DNA from: an uncultured delta proteobacterium | GTDB taxonomy: Bacteria; Myxococcota_A; Polyangia; Polyangiales; JAFGIB01 | Length of the DNA: 64,000 nt | Direction of reading: 5' to 3' | NCBI GenBank assembly: GCA_963778655.1 | Contig: CAVZVA010000002.1 | Location: 608,001-672,000, forward strand | Shown here: positions 22,745 to 34,081 of the stretch, one piece after another | How the letters are laid out: each line of letters begins with the position of its first letter | Numbering within the stretch: position 1 is the stretch's first letter | Notes under the pieces: generated by a model | Told to the model about the DNA's origin: nothing | Database searches by the model: none | What the model saw: the letters and a program-made list of their open reading frames with translations, nothing else | Program-made: the position numbers and the translations under genes

Positions 22745-24186
22745 CCCTGCCCTCCTCGGGCTTCGGCCAGCCCCTGCACCACCCGCTCCATCGCCATCGA
22801 GCGCGAGCCCTTGACCAGCACCACGTCGCTCGCGCGCAGCAGCGGCCGCACCAAGTCCGGCGCGCCGAGCGGATCGGACAGGTGCGCGACCGACAGCTCG
22901 AGCCCCTGGCTGCGCGCCTGCTCGCGGGCCGCGACCGCCGCCGCGGTCATCTCCAGACCGCAGGCGATCAGCGCGATCACGCCGGGACGCGCGGCGAGCT
23001 TGCCGGCGGCCTGGTGCTCGACCTGCGAGCGCGCGCCCAGCTCCAGCATGTCGCCCAGCACCAACACCGCGCGGCCGCCGCGCGCCCGCGCCAGCTCGAT
23101 CGCGGTCTGCACCGACGCGCGCAGCGAGGCAGGGTTGGCGTTGTAGCTGTCGTCGAGCACCAGCGAGCCGCCCGGTCCAGCCAGCGCGCACAGCCGCCCC
23201 GGCGGCGGCGCCACCTGGCCGAGCCCGCGCGCCGCGGCGTCCAGCGCGCCCTCGCCCGCCACCGCCAGCACCACCGCGATCGCTGCGGCGGCGTCGAGCG
23301 CGGGACCTTCGCCGAAGAGCTGCAGCTCGCAGCGCAGGCTGCGCGCCGGCTGCCGCAGCGCTAGCTCGCACAGCATGCTCGGCAACGCGCGTAGCTCGTG
23401 CTTGAGCAGCCGCACGTCGGCGCCCTCGGCGCGCCCGAAACCGAGCTGCTTCTGCGCTTGCACGCGTGCGAGCTGAGCCGCCAGCACCGCGTCGTCCGCG
23501 CGGTAGATCGCGGTGCCGCTGGCGGGCAGCGCGCAGAGCAACGCCGCCTTCTCCTCGGCCACTTGTTGCAGCGAGCCGAGCCCCGCGGTGTGCGCGGCCG
23601 CGACCGCCGTCACCACCCCGACCTCAGGCGCGCAGATCTCGGCAAGCCGCGCGATCTCACCCGGCGCGCTGGTGCCTATCTCGATCACCGCCAGATCGCT
23701 GTGCGCATCCAGGCTCAGCAGCGACATCGGCGCGCCCACCAGATTGTTGAGGTTGCCCTCGGAGCGGGCGACCCGGCTGCCGGCTTCACGCAGCGCCGCG
23801 AAGGCGAGCTCCTTGGTGGTGGTCTTGCCCGCCGAACCGGTCACCGCCACCACGCGCCCGCCCCAGCGCCGCCGGTGCAGCGCCGCGAGCTGTCCGAGCG
23901 CGTGCAGGCTGTCGGCCGCCACCACCCCGCGCGCGCCCGGCGGCAGCGTAGAGCGCGAGCTCACCAGCGCGGCCGCGGCGCCGGCGTCGAGCGCCTGGCG
24001 CACGAAGTCGTGCCCGTCATGACGCTCGCCGCGCAGCGCCACGTACAGGCAGCCCGGGGTCACCGCGCGCGAATCGGTGGTCACCCCATCGAGCGCGCCA
24101 GCTTGCCCGATGGCGTCGCCGGAGCAGGCGGCGGCGACCTCGGCCAGCGAGAAGCGGGCGTGATTGCGCGGGATCGGCGTGGCCAT
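22741..24186 (-). CDS. murF: UDP-MurNAc-tripeptide--D-Ala-D-Ala ligase
   Basis: TGSAGKTTTKE, NLNNLVG, DSYNANP, LGDMLELG, VKGSR. Confidence 0.97.
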   Translation of the reverse strand: MATPIPRNHARFSLAEVAAACSGDAIGQAGALDGVTTDSRAVTPGCLYVALRGERHDGHDFVRQALDAGAAAALVSSRSTLPPGARGVVAADSLHALGQLAALHRRRWGGRVVAVTGSAGKTTTKELAFAALREAGSRVARSEGNLNNLVGAPMSLLSLDAHSDLAVIEIGTSAPGEIARLAEICAPEVGVVTAVAAAHTAGLGSLQQVAEEKAALLCALPASGTAIYRADDAVLAAQLARVQAQKQLGFGRAEGADVRLLKHELRALPSMLCELALRQPARSLRCELQLFGEGPALDAAAAIAVVLAVAGEGALDAAARGLGQVAPPPGRLCALAGPGGSLVLDDSYNANPASLRASVQTAIELARARGGRAVLVLGDMLELGARSQVEHQAAGKLAARPGVIALIACGLEMTAAAVAAREQARSQGLELSVAHLSDPLGAPDLVRPLLRASDVVLVKGSRSMAMERVVQGLAEARGGQG

Positions 24187-25694
24187 CAGCCCGCTCCCGC
24201 CCGCGCGCCGAGCGCCCGGCGCGCCTGCTCGACGTCGTCGAATGGCTCGCGCCGGCCGTCCGCGATCTGAACCTTCTCGTGTCCCTTGCCTGCGATCAGC
24301 ACGCTGTCGCCAGGCCGCGCGGCCTGCACCGCGAGCTCGATCGCGCGCCGGCGATCACTGCACACGTGGTAACCGCGCGCGGCACCCGCAAGCTCCGCCG
24401 CCTGCAGCCGCTTCGCCCCGCCATCGACCAACCCGGGCTCGATCTCGGCGAGGATCTGCTCGGGCGGCTCGCCGCGCGGGTTGTCGCTGGTCGCAATCGC
24501 CAGCTCCGCCAGCTCGGCGGCGACCCGCCCCATCAGGGGTCGCTTCGCGCGGTCGCGATCGCCGCCGCAGCCGAACACCAGCAGCAACCGGCCGCGCGTG
24601 ACCGGCCGCAGTGCGAGCAGCACGCGCTGCAGCGCGTCCGGCGTGTGCGCGTAGTCGACGAAGACCGCGATCTCGGCGGCATCCACGCGCTCGAGCCGGC
24701 CCGGCGCGCCGCGCGAGCCCGCCAGCCCGCGCAACACCGCGTCGGGCGACAGCGACAGCGCCAGGCCGCAGCCGAGCGCGATCAGCAGGTTCTCGAGGTT
24801 GTGCTCACCCACCAGCGGGCTGTGCAGCGCGAGCTCGCCGGCCGGCGTAGCCACGCGCGCGCGGATTCCCTGCGCGTCGCCGTCGTGCTGCAGCACGCGG
24901 ATCTCCGCCTGCGCGTCCGCGCGCCGGCTGCAACGCCAGATGCGCCCGGCCGCAGTCTGGGTCAGGCTCGCACCGACCGGGTCGTCGACGTTGAGCACGC
25001 TGTGCTTGGGGCCGAGCTGCTCGAACAGTCGGCGCTTGGCGCGCTCGTAGCTCGCGAGGTCGCCGTGGTAGTCGAGGTGGTCATGGGTCAGGTTGGTGAA
25101 CGCCGCAACCTCGAAGTGCGCGCAGTCCACGCGGTGCATGGCCAGCCCGTGACTCGACACCTCGAGCACCAGATCGGTAGCGCCGCTGTCCACGGCCCAG
25201 CGCGAGAGCCGCATCAGGTCATCAGCCATCGGCGTGGTGTGCGTGGCCGGGCGCACGCCGGCTGGGCCGCGGAAGCTCACCGTCCCCAGCACCGCCGGCT
25301 TGCGTCCGGCCGCGAGCAGAATCGCCTCGACCAGGTACGCGGTGGTGGTCTTGCCGTTGGTACCGGTGATGCCGACCACCGACAGCCCGCGCGTGGGATC
25401 GTCGTAGAGCCGCTGCGCCAGCGCCGAGAGCGCCACCAGCACATCGTCGGCCAACAGCAGCGGCACACCCGCGTCGAAAGGCCGCTCGCACAGCACCGCC
25501 ACGGCGCCGCGTGCGATCGCCTCGGGCGCGAACTCGCTGCCGTGCCTGCGCTCCCCCGCGATCGCCGCGAACATGTCGCCAGGCTGGACCCGCCGCGAGT
25601 CGTGCCGAATGCCGCCAAAGCGCTGCGCGCCGTCGCCGCGCAGCTCGCGCGCCAGCCCCAGCTCGACTGCCTCGCGCAGCGACAGCTCAGCCAT
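24186..25694 (-). CDS. murE: UDP-MurNAc-L-Ala-D-Glu--meso-DAP ligase
   Basis: TGTNGKTT, EVSSH, DYAHTPDA, GCGGDRD, DNPR (DAP specificity), AGKGHE. Confidence 0.97.
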   Translation of the reverse strand: MAELSLREAVELGLARELRGDGAQRFGGIRHDSRRVQPGDMFAAIAGERRHGSEFAPEAIARGAVAVLCERPFDAGVPLLLADDVLVALSALAQRLYDDPTRGLSVVGITGTNGKTTTAYLVEAILLAAGRKPAVLGTVSFRGPAGVRPATHTTPMADDLMRLSRWAVDSGATDLVLEVSSHGLAMHRVDCAHFEVAAFTNLTHDHLDYHGDLASYERAKRRLFEQLGPKHSVLNVDDPVGASLTQTAAGRIWRCSRRADAQAEIRVLQHDGDAQGIRARVATPAGELALHSPLVGEHNLENLLIALGCGLALSLSPDAVLRGLAGSRGAPGRLERVDAAEIAVFVDYAHTPDALQRVLLALRPVTRGRLLLVFGCGGDRDRAKRPLMGRVAAELAELAIATSDNPRGEPPEQILAEIEPGLVDGGAKRLQAAELAGAARGYHVCSDRRRAIELAVQAARPGDSVLIAGKGHEKVQIADGRREPFDDVEQARRALGARAGAG

Positions 25695-27813
25695 CGCGGC
25701 CCTCCGCGGAGGCGCCGGCCAATTTCGCGCGCGCCTGACTATTGGCGCCGGGCGCGGCCGGCGGCGTCTGCTCTGCCGCGAGCCCGTGCGCGGGCGCCGG
25801 CGGCGCATCGAGCGACGGCGGCTCCAGCGTGACCTCGATGGTGGAGCCGAGCTTGGCGGGCTCGCCTGCGCCGGGACGCTGTGTCACGACCACGCCTCCA
25901 CCGCTGAACGAAAGCTCGAAGCCCGCCTCGCGCGCGGTTACCAGCGCGGCGCGGATCGTGCGCCCGCTCAGGTCGGGCACGTGACCTTCGTCGGGCGCGA
26001 GCGGCGCCTGCGGCGCCGGCTTGGCGCCGGCTTCAGCGCCCGCGCGTTTGTGCTCGGTCGCGCGCGCCGGCCGCTTCGCGGCACGCGTCTCGACGGCGAC
26101 TCGCGGCACGATCCCGAGCTGGCGCAGGCTCGCTTCCATGATGCGGCGGAAGGTCGGCGCCGCCACCGTGCCGCCGTGGTGCGCGATCATCGGCTCGTCC
26201 ACCACCACCGCGATCGCCAGTCGCGGGCGGCGCGCCGGCGCAAAGCCGATGAACGACGAGGTCCATTTGCCGTCGGCGTAACCGCCGTGGATGTAGTCCG
26301 CCTTCTGCGCGGTGCCGGTTTTGCCCGCGACCAGAATGCCGTCGATCGCGGCCTCGGTGCCGGTTCCTTTCGCGCCGGTCACAGCGGTCATCATGTCGGT
26401 GATCAGCGCCGCCACGTAGGGCGATACCACCTGCTGGCCGGCGCCGGGCAGCGCTTCCTGCACGGTCTGCCCGCTCGCGTCCTCCACGCGCTTGACCAGC
26501 ACCGGGTGCATCAATCGCCCGTGGTTCGCCAGCGCCGCCACCGCCATCGCGAGCTGCAGCGTGCTCACACTGATGCCCTGGCCGAAGGCGATGGTGGCCG
26601 CGTCCATGTCGTACCAGCGCTTGTAGTGGCGGAAGATGCCCCCGGTCTCGCCCGGCAATCCCAGCCCGGTCGTGCTGCCGAAACCGAAGTCGCGCAACGT
26701 GCCGTAAAGCCGTGCGCGCCCCAGTGCCAGACCGATTTTGGCCGCGCCGATGTTGCTGGAATAGATCAGCACCTCGGCGGGCGTGAGCTCGTCCCACTGG
26801 TGGGTGTCGTGGATCGTGTACTGCGCGACCTTCATCGCGCCGTGCTCGCAGTCGATCTTCTCGTCCGGATGCACGGCGCCCGCCGCGAAGGCGCCGGCGA
26901 GCGTGAATGGCTTGAGCGTGGAGCCCGGCTCGAACTGATCGGTGAGGGCGCGGTCGCGCCGGTGGTTGGCCGCCGAGTCGGTGGGCTCGTTGGGGTTATA
27001 GGTGGGGAAGCTCGCCAGCGCCAGCAGCTCCCCGCTGCGCGGGTCCACCACTGCCACCGAGCCGCCCTTGGCTTCGAAGGTGCGCACCGCCAGCTCCAGC
27101 TCGCGCTCGGCGATGTGCTGGATGGTCTTGTCCAGCGTGAGCACCAGGTCGTCGCCGCGCGCCGCGCGGTCGTCGAGCAGCTGCTCGGAGAAGACCACGC
27201 GCCCGCGGCGGTCGCGGATCGCGGGCACCTGTTCCGAGGAGCCGCGCAGGCGCTCGTCGTACGCGAGCTCGATCCCCTCGATGCCTCGACCGTCGATGTT
27301 GGCAAAGCCGAGCACATGCGCGGCGAGCTCGCGATTGGGATAGAAGCGGCGCGCCTCCGCGGTCAGGCCGACGCCCGGCAGCTCCAGCGTCTCGACCGCC
27401 TTGCTCTCCTTGGGCGAGAGCCGGCGTTTGATCCAGACGAAGTGGCGGTCCTCGCGCAGCCGGCGCTCGATCCGCGCCGCGTCCACGCCGAGCAACGCGG
27501 AGAGCTTCGCGGCAGCTTCCCGCGGGTCCACGCCGGCCGCGCGCATGCGCTTGGGATTGGCGTAGGCGCTGTCGACATCGACGCTGACCGCCAGCTCGTT
27601 GCCGTTGCGGTCGTAGATCGTGCCGCGCTTGGGCGCGAGCGCGATGTCCTTGAGGTACTGCTCCTCGGCCATCTCGCGCAGCGCCGGACCCTGGCGCACC
27701 TGCAGCTGGTAGGTGCGCCGCACGACCAGCGAGGCGCCACCGAGCAGCAGCAGCGCCAGGATGGCGATGCGGACGCGCATGAAGCGGGCGCGGCGGGTCG
27801 GCAGATTCCTCAC
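25687..27813 (-). CDS. ftsI: Penicillin-binding protein 3 with C-terminal PASTA-like domain
   Basis: RGTIYDRNG, EPGSTLK, SSN, KTGTAQ. Confidence 0.95.
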   Translation of the reverse strand: MRNLPTRRARFMRVRIAILALLLLGGASLVVRRTYQLQVRQGPALREMAEEQYLKDIALAPKRGTIYDRNGNELAVSVDVDSAYANPKRMRAAGVDPREAAAKLSALLGVDAARIERRLREDRHFVWIKRRLSPKESKAVETLELPGVGLTAEARRFYPNRELAAHVLGFANIDGRGIEGIELAYDERLRGSSEQVPAIRDRRGRVVFSEQLLDDRAARGDDLVLTLDKTIQHIAERELELAVRTFEAKGGSVAVVDPRSGELLALASFPTYNPNEPTDSAANHRRDRALTDQFEPGSTLKPFTLAGAFAAGAVHPDEKIDCEHGAMKVAQYTIHDTHQWDELTPAEVLIYSSNIGAAKIGLALGRARLYGTLRDFGFGSTTGLGLPGETGGIFRHYKRWYDMDAATIAFGQGISVSTLQLAMAVAALANHGRLMHPVLVKRVEDASGQTVQEALPGAGQQVVSPYVAALITDMMTAVTGAKGTGTEAAIDGILVAGKTGTAQKADYIHGGYADGKWTSSFIGFAPARRPRLAIAVVVDEPMIAHHGGTVAAPTFRRIMEASLRQLGIVPRVAVETRAAKRPARATEHKRAGAEAGAKPAPQAPLAPDEGHVPDLSGRTIRAALVTAREAGFELSFSGGGVVVTQRPGAGEPAKLGSTIEVTLEPPSLDAPPAPAHGLAAEQTPPAAPGANSQARAKLAGASAEGRDG

Positions 27814-28118
27814 TCGGCCCTCCCCGAAAGCGTCTCGGCGCGATGCTTGTGACCCATCGAGATCACGCGCGGCGGGGTAGGCTGGTCCATGTCGAAGGCG
27901 CCGCGCGCGACCGCCTCCACGCGGTCGGGCTGGCTCAGGGTCGCGGCCTCGATCGAGAGCAGGCGCCGCGCCTCCAACAGATGGCGTTGCTCCCGGCGCG
28001 CCGCGCCCACGTCGTAGCCGAGCCGCACCGTCTCGAAGCGCAGCGTGAGGTGCACGATGAACGAGGCGGCCGTGGCGATCACGGCGACGGTCCACAACAT
28101 CAGGAAGCGCGCGCTCAT
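27810..28118 (-). CDS. ftsL: Cell division protein FtsL
   Basis: TM helix plus coiled coil (LGYD...RVEAVAR); position between rsmH and ftsI; start uncertain. Confidence 0.8.
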   Translation of the reverse strand: MSARFLMLWTVAVIATAASFIVHLTLRFETVRLGYDVGAARREQRHLLEARRLLSIEAATLSQPDRVEAVARGAFDMDQPTPPRVISMGHKHRAETLSGRAE

Positions 28119-28260
28119 GGCTGGTCCTCGCCGGCGGGTCCCCGTTCCGCGCTTCGCGCGGCCCGCCCCCCGCGCCGCGGATACAGTCCGCCCGCCCACC
28201 CCCGCCCGTAGTCCGGCGGCGACTGCGGGCATCTACCGCGCACGGTCGGCACAGCCAGCG

Positions 28261-29166
28261 TCACGATAGTTGCTCCTCACTACGCGCGACGCGGCGCGCG
28301 GCGCGCAGCTTGGCGCTGCGCGAGCGCGGGTTGCGCGCCCGTTCCTCGACGCTGGCTTGCTGCGGCTTCTTGTACAGCGGCAACAGGCGGCCGTCGCCGC
28401 GGAAGGCGTGCTTGACCAGCCTGTCCTCAAGCGAGTGAAACGAGATGATGACCGCCACCGCGCCGTCCTGCAGTAGCTCGGGCAGCGACGAAAGCAGCCC
28501 CTCGAGCTGCTCGAGCTCGCCGTTGACCGCGATTCGCAAGGCCTGGAAAGTGCGCGTCGCGGGATCGACGCGGCCGGCTCGCCTCGGTCCCAGCGCGCGC
28601 ACCACCGCACGCCGCAGATCGGCCGTGCTCTGCAGCGCGCCTTCGTCGCGCGCGCGCAGGATCGAGCGCGCCACCGCGCGCGAGCGCCGCTCCTCACCGA
28701 AGCGATACAGCAGGTCCGCGAGCTCGCGCTCACCGACGTCCTGCAGCAACTCGGCCACGCTCGGGCCGCGCGTGCGATCCATTCGCATATCGAGCGGCCC
28801 CTCGGCGGCAAACGAGAAGCCGCGCTCCGGCTCGTCGAGCTGCGGGGAGCTCACACCCAGATCGGCCACCAGCCCGTCGACGCGCTCGGCACCGAAGCGG
28901 TGCACGATCGAACCGAGCTCCGTATAGTCGCCGTGCACGACCTGCGCGCGCGCGCCGTAGCTCGAGAGCGCGCGGCGCGCCGCGGCGACCGCGTCCGGGT
29001 CCCGGTCGACGGCCACCACGCGACCATCGGGCGCGCTCGCATCGAGGATCGCGCGGCTGTGCCCGCCGCCGCCCGCGGTTGCATCCGCGTACAGGCCGCC
29101 AGCATGCGGGCGCAGGGCGTCGACCGTCTCATGCACCATCACAGACTCGTGCACGAAGCCGTCCAT
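28261..29166 (-). CDS. rsmH: 16S rRNA m4C1402 methyltransferase
   Basis: DATAGGGGH, DLGVSSPQLD, RGFSF, FQALRIAVN, SFHSLEDR, NPRSRSAKLR. Confidence 0.98.
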   Translation of the reverse strand: MDGFVHESVMVHETVDALRPHAGGLYADATAGGGGHSRAILDASAPDGRVVAVDRDPDAVAAARRALSSYGARAQVVHGDYTELGSIVHRFGAERVDGLVADLGVSSPQLDEPERGFSFAAEGPLDMRMDRTRGPSVAELLQDVGERELADLLYRFGEERRSRAVARSILRARDEGALQSTADLRRAVVRALGPRRAGRVDPATRTFQALRIAVNGELEQLEGLLSSLPELLQDGAVAVIISFHSLEDRLVKHAFRGDGRLLPLYKKPQQASVEERARNPRSRSAKLRAARRVARSEEQLS

Positions 29167-29618
29167 CAGATGCCCAGCCCGGCCAGACGCCGTTTGAGCG
29201 CCCGGCGCTGCTCGCGATCGCCGAAGAACGCATTGCGCTCTTCGTCGTAGTGCCCCTTGTCCCAGAGCTCGATGCAAGTCGACGTGCCGATCCACACCAC
29301 GTCGCGCTGCAGCCCTGCATACTCGCGCAGCGGCGCCGGGATCAGGATGCGCCCGAGCTTGTCGATCTCACAGTGATGGCCCTCCGCCACCACGAAACGG
29401 CGGTAGGCCTCCAAGTCTTCGTTGAGCTGCGGGACCTGCGCCAGGCGCGCTTCGACCTTGACCCACTCGGGCGTCGTGTAGGCGACCAGGAACTGATCGA
29501 GCGACACGGTGATGAATAGCCGGGTCTCACCGCTCACGGAGAGCGCTTCCCGAAAACGCGACGGCAGGGAGGTGCGGCCCTTACCATCGATCGTGTGCTC
29601 AAACCGTCCGTGAAACAC
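29166..29618 (-). CDS. mraZ: dcw cluster repressor MraZ
   Basis: IDGKGR and IDKLGRILIP (two DxxGR motifs), IELW. Confidence 0.96.
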   Translation of the reverse strand: MFHGRFEHTIDGKGRTSLPSRFREALSVSGETRLFITVSLDQFLVAYTTPEWVKVEARLAQVPQLNEDLEAYRRFVVAEGHHCEIDKLGRILIPAPLREYAGLQRDVVWIGTSTCIELWDKGHYDEERNAFFGDREQRRALKRRLAGLGI

Positions 29619-29642
29619 ACGCGCTCCGCCACCCAAGCCTAG

Positions 29643-29669
29643 GCACTAGGATCCACTTCTTACCACTTT
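29643..29669 (-). promoter_or_regulatory. Putative MraZ-binding direct repeats
   Basis: Minus strand AAGTGG-TAAG-AAGTGG-ATCC-TAGTGC, GTGG-type cores at 10-bp period just upstream of mraZ. Confidence 0.7.
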
Positions 29670-29964
29670 GATCCGACGCTACGGGGATCGCAGCGTCGCT
29701 GTCAACTTCTTTCCCTGTAGCAAGTAGCTGAGATTCCTAGACTTTGCGGCGAGAGTCGGAGCGTGTAGGAAATCGTCGGATGAGCGCATGCACAACGGCC
29801 CACCGGCCCATCGCGCGAGCGCTGATGATCCTTTCAGGCAAGGCACGCATCCGGCGGCGCTTTCGGGACACGGGGTGCGCCTAAAGGGGCCGAGGCATAC
29901 CTTGCGGAGCGCAATGCCGCTCCCGTAGACTTTTTCTATGTTTACGGTCCGTTAGGAGCAGCGC

Positions 29965-30635
29965 TTGCAACTCGACTTCCAGGCCCGCGAGCTGACGGTC
30001 AAGCTGGTCTATTACGGGCCCGCGCTGAGCGGCAAGACGACGAATCTGCAGGCGATCCATCGCCTGCTCGCGCCCGAAGGCCGGGGTCGGCTGATGACCC
30101 TGGAGACGCGCGACGACCGCACGCTGTTCTTCGACCTGCTGCCGCTGAGCTTCAGCACCGCCTCCGGCCTCACCGTGCGCATCAAGCTGTTCACGGTGCC
30201 CGGGCAGGTGATCCACAACTCGACGCGCAAGCTGGTGCTGCAGGGCGCCGATGGCGTGGCCTTCATCGCCGACTCCCAGACCCAGGAGATCCGCGCCAAC
30301 CAGGCGTCCTTCAAGGATCTGCGGCGCAACCTGCGCGAGAACGGGCTCGACGCGGGCAAGATGCCCCTGGTGATCCAGTACAACAAGCGAGATCTGCCCA
30401 ACATCCGTACCGAGCAGGACATCAAGCGGATGGCGGCGATGGGCAAGGAGCCCACGTTCATGGCCACCGCGACTCACGGCACCGGGGTGGCCGCCACGTT
30501 CCTGGGCCTGGTCGAGGCCACCTGGAGGCACCTCGAGGACGAGCACGACCTCAAGGAGCGCTTCGGGCTCGACCACCGGGAAGTGGTGCGCGATCTCGCG
30601 CGGCGCTTTGGCAGCAGCGCCGACGCCGCCACGCT

Positions 30636-30639
<4 letters not shown>
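29965..30639 (+). CDS. MglA-family small Ras-like GTPase
   Basis: KLVYYGPALSGKTTNL, DRTLFFD, TVPGQV, QYNKRDL; TTG start. Confidence 0.92.
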
Positions 30640-32054
<1,415 letters not shown>

Positions 32055-32191
32055 GCCCCCCCGGCTGGCAGCCGCGCCGCGCATGCGTCCTCGCCCTCGT
32101 CATCGCCCCGTAGTCGTAGTCGAATTCATCCTCGCACTCCGCCGCGCTCACCCGGGGTCGCAGCGTGCCCCCGCTTTGCTACGCTAAGCGC

Positions 32192-33136
32192 GTGGCCGGC
32201 GAGCTCGAGCGCATCGTGGAGATTCGGCGGCGGCTCGAGCACGCGAGCGGCGAGCTGCGCCTGGGCATCGGTGATGACGCGGCCGTGCTGCTGCCGAGCC
32301 CGCGCGGGCAGGCGCTGAGCGTCGACGCGCAGGTCGAAGGTGTTCACTTCCGCCGTAACCTGCTCTCGCTCACGGACATCGGCTACCGTGCGCTCGCCGC
32401 TGCGCTCAGCGACCTGGCTGCGATGGGCGCGCGGCCGCGCGCGGCACTGCTCGCGCTGGTGTTGCCGCCGGAGCTGGCCGACGCCGAGCTCTACGCCATC
32501 ATCGACGGCGTGGCGGAGGCCCAGCGCGAGCACGCCTGCGCGGTCGCCGGCGGCAACCTCGCGCGTGGCCGTGAGCTGTCGATCACGACCACCGTCGTGG
32601 GCGACGCGCCGGAGCCGCCGCTGAGCCGCGCCGGCGCTCGCCCGGGCGACGCATTGCGGGTGACCGGAACGCTGGGCGGGGCCGCGCTCGGGCTGGCGCT
32701 GCTGCAAGCGGGCCGTGGCGAGATCGCGCCGCGCAGCGTGCAGCGCTGGCGGCGACCCGCGCCGCGGATCGCCGACGGGATGGCATTGTGCGGCGTGGCG
32801 AGCGCAGCGATCGACGTCTCGGATGGGCTGCTGCGCGACCTCCAGCATGTGGCCGAGGCCTCGGGCGTCGGCTTCGAGCTCGAGCTCGCGCGGCTGCCGC
32901 TCGACCCGGAGCTATCCGCGGGCGCGCGCGCGCTCGGGCTCGACGCGACCGCCCTCGCGCTGAGCGGGGGCGAGGACTACGAGCTGTTGTTCACGGCCGC
33001 CGATGACGCGACTCGGAGCCCGGGCACGCGCATCGGGCGGGCCACCGTCGCGCCGGGGTTGCGCCTGCTGGACGCGCGCGGGCGCAACGTGGCCCCACCG
33101 GCCCTTCCGGGCTTCGACCACTTCGCGGACCGCTGA
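32192..33136 (+). CDS. thiL: Thiamine-monophosphate kinase
   Basis: GIGDDAA, EGVHF, SDLAAMG, IDVSDGL, GGEDYELLF. Confidence 0.96.
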   Translation: MAGELERIVEIRRRLEHASGELRLGIGDDAAVLLPSPRGQALSVDAQVEGVHFRRNLLSLTDIGYRALAAALSDLAAMGARPRAALLALVLPPELADAELYAIIDGVAEAQREHACAVAGGNLARGRELSITTTVVGDAPEPPLSRAGARPGDALRVTGTLGGAALGLALLQAGRGEIAPRSVQRWRRPAPRIADGMALCGVASAAIDVSDGLLRDLQHVAEASGVGFELELARLPLDPELSAGARALGLDATALALSGGEDYELLFTAADDATRSPGTRIGRATVAPGLRLLDARGRNVAPPALPGFDHFADR

Positions 33137-33279
33137 GCGCCGTGCACCCCCTCGGCGGCCTCGCGAGGGTGCAGGTAGGCCGCTCCCTAGTCGTGAATTA
33201 TCCACTATTTTCAAGTATTTCTGAGCGGTACGCTTTCGTTGCCGGGCACCGTATCCTATGAAGCAACGACGGGAAGTGC

Positions 33280-34032
33280 GTGGATCCGAAGGCCCTCAAG
33301 ACTCTGCTCGAAGAAGTCGCGCGCGGCGAGACCGCGGTCGAGGGCGCACTGGAGCGATTGCGCGACCTTCCGTTCAAGGATCTCGGTTTCGCCACCGTCG
33401 ATCACCACCGCGCGCTACGGGTGGGGATTCCCGAAGTGGTATTCGGGCTGGGCAAGTCCTACGAGCAGCTCGAAGGGATCGTGGAGGAGCTGGCGCGCTC
33501 CGGCCAGAACGTGCTGGTGACGCGCCTGGAGGCCGAGCTCGGCGCACGCCTGGTCGGGCGCTTCACGGCGCTGCGCTACGACGCGATCTCGCGCACCGCA
33601 GTGCTGGCCCAGACCCCACCGGAGAACAGAGGCCGGGGTCCGCTCGCGATCGTGACTGCTGGCACCAGTGACATTCCAATTGCCGAAGAAGCAGCGGTCA
33701 CCGCGCAGGCTTTCGGCAACGAGGTGCTGCGCGTCTACGACGTGGGCGTGGCGGGCGTACACCGCCTGCTCGGGCGCCGCGCCACGCTCGATGCGGCCAG
33801 CGTGGTGATCGTGGTGGCCGGCATGGAAGGTGCGCTGGCGAGCGTGGTCGGTGGGCTGGTGGCCAAACCCGTGATCGCCGTGCCCACCTCGGTCGGCTAC
33901 GGCGCGAGCTTCGGCGGCATCGCGGCGCTGCTCGCGATGCTCAACAGCTGCGCCTCCGGCGTAACCGTGGTCAACATCGACAACGGCTTCGGCGCGGCTT
34001 ACGCGGCCACGCTGATGAACCGCCTGCCATGA
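33280..34032 (+). CDS. larB: Nickel pincer cofactor biosynthesis protein LarB
   Basis: DHHRALRVG.PE, AGTSD, AGMEGAL, PTSVGYG, VNIDNGFGAA. Confidence 0.95.
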   Translation: MDPKALKTLLEEVARGETAVEGALERLRDLPFKDLGFATVDHHRALRVGIPEVVFGLGKSYEQLEGIVEELARSGQNVLVTRLEAELGARLVGRFTALRYDAISRTAVLAQTPPENRGRGPLAIVTAGTSDIPIAEEAAVTAQAFGNEVLRVYDVGVAGVHRLLGRRATLDAASVVIVVAGMEGALASVVGGLVAKPVIAVPTSVGYGASFGGIAALLAMLNSCASGVTVVNIDNGFGAAYAATLMNRLP

Positions 34033-34081
34033 GCCGGGGGCTCCCGGACCACGACACCTGAGCGCGAACCCGGTTATCTGC

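Noticed and set aside
32055..32191. TPP riboswitch upstream of thiL
   Set aside because: No TPP consensus seen; only a short degenerate (CTCGTC/TAGTCG)-type low-complexity tract
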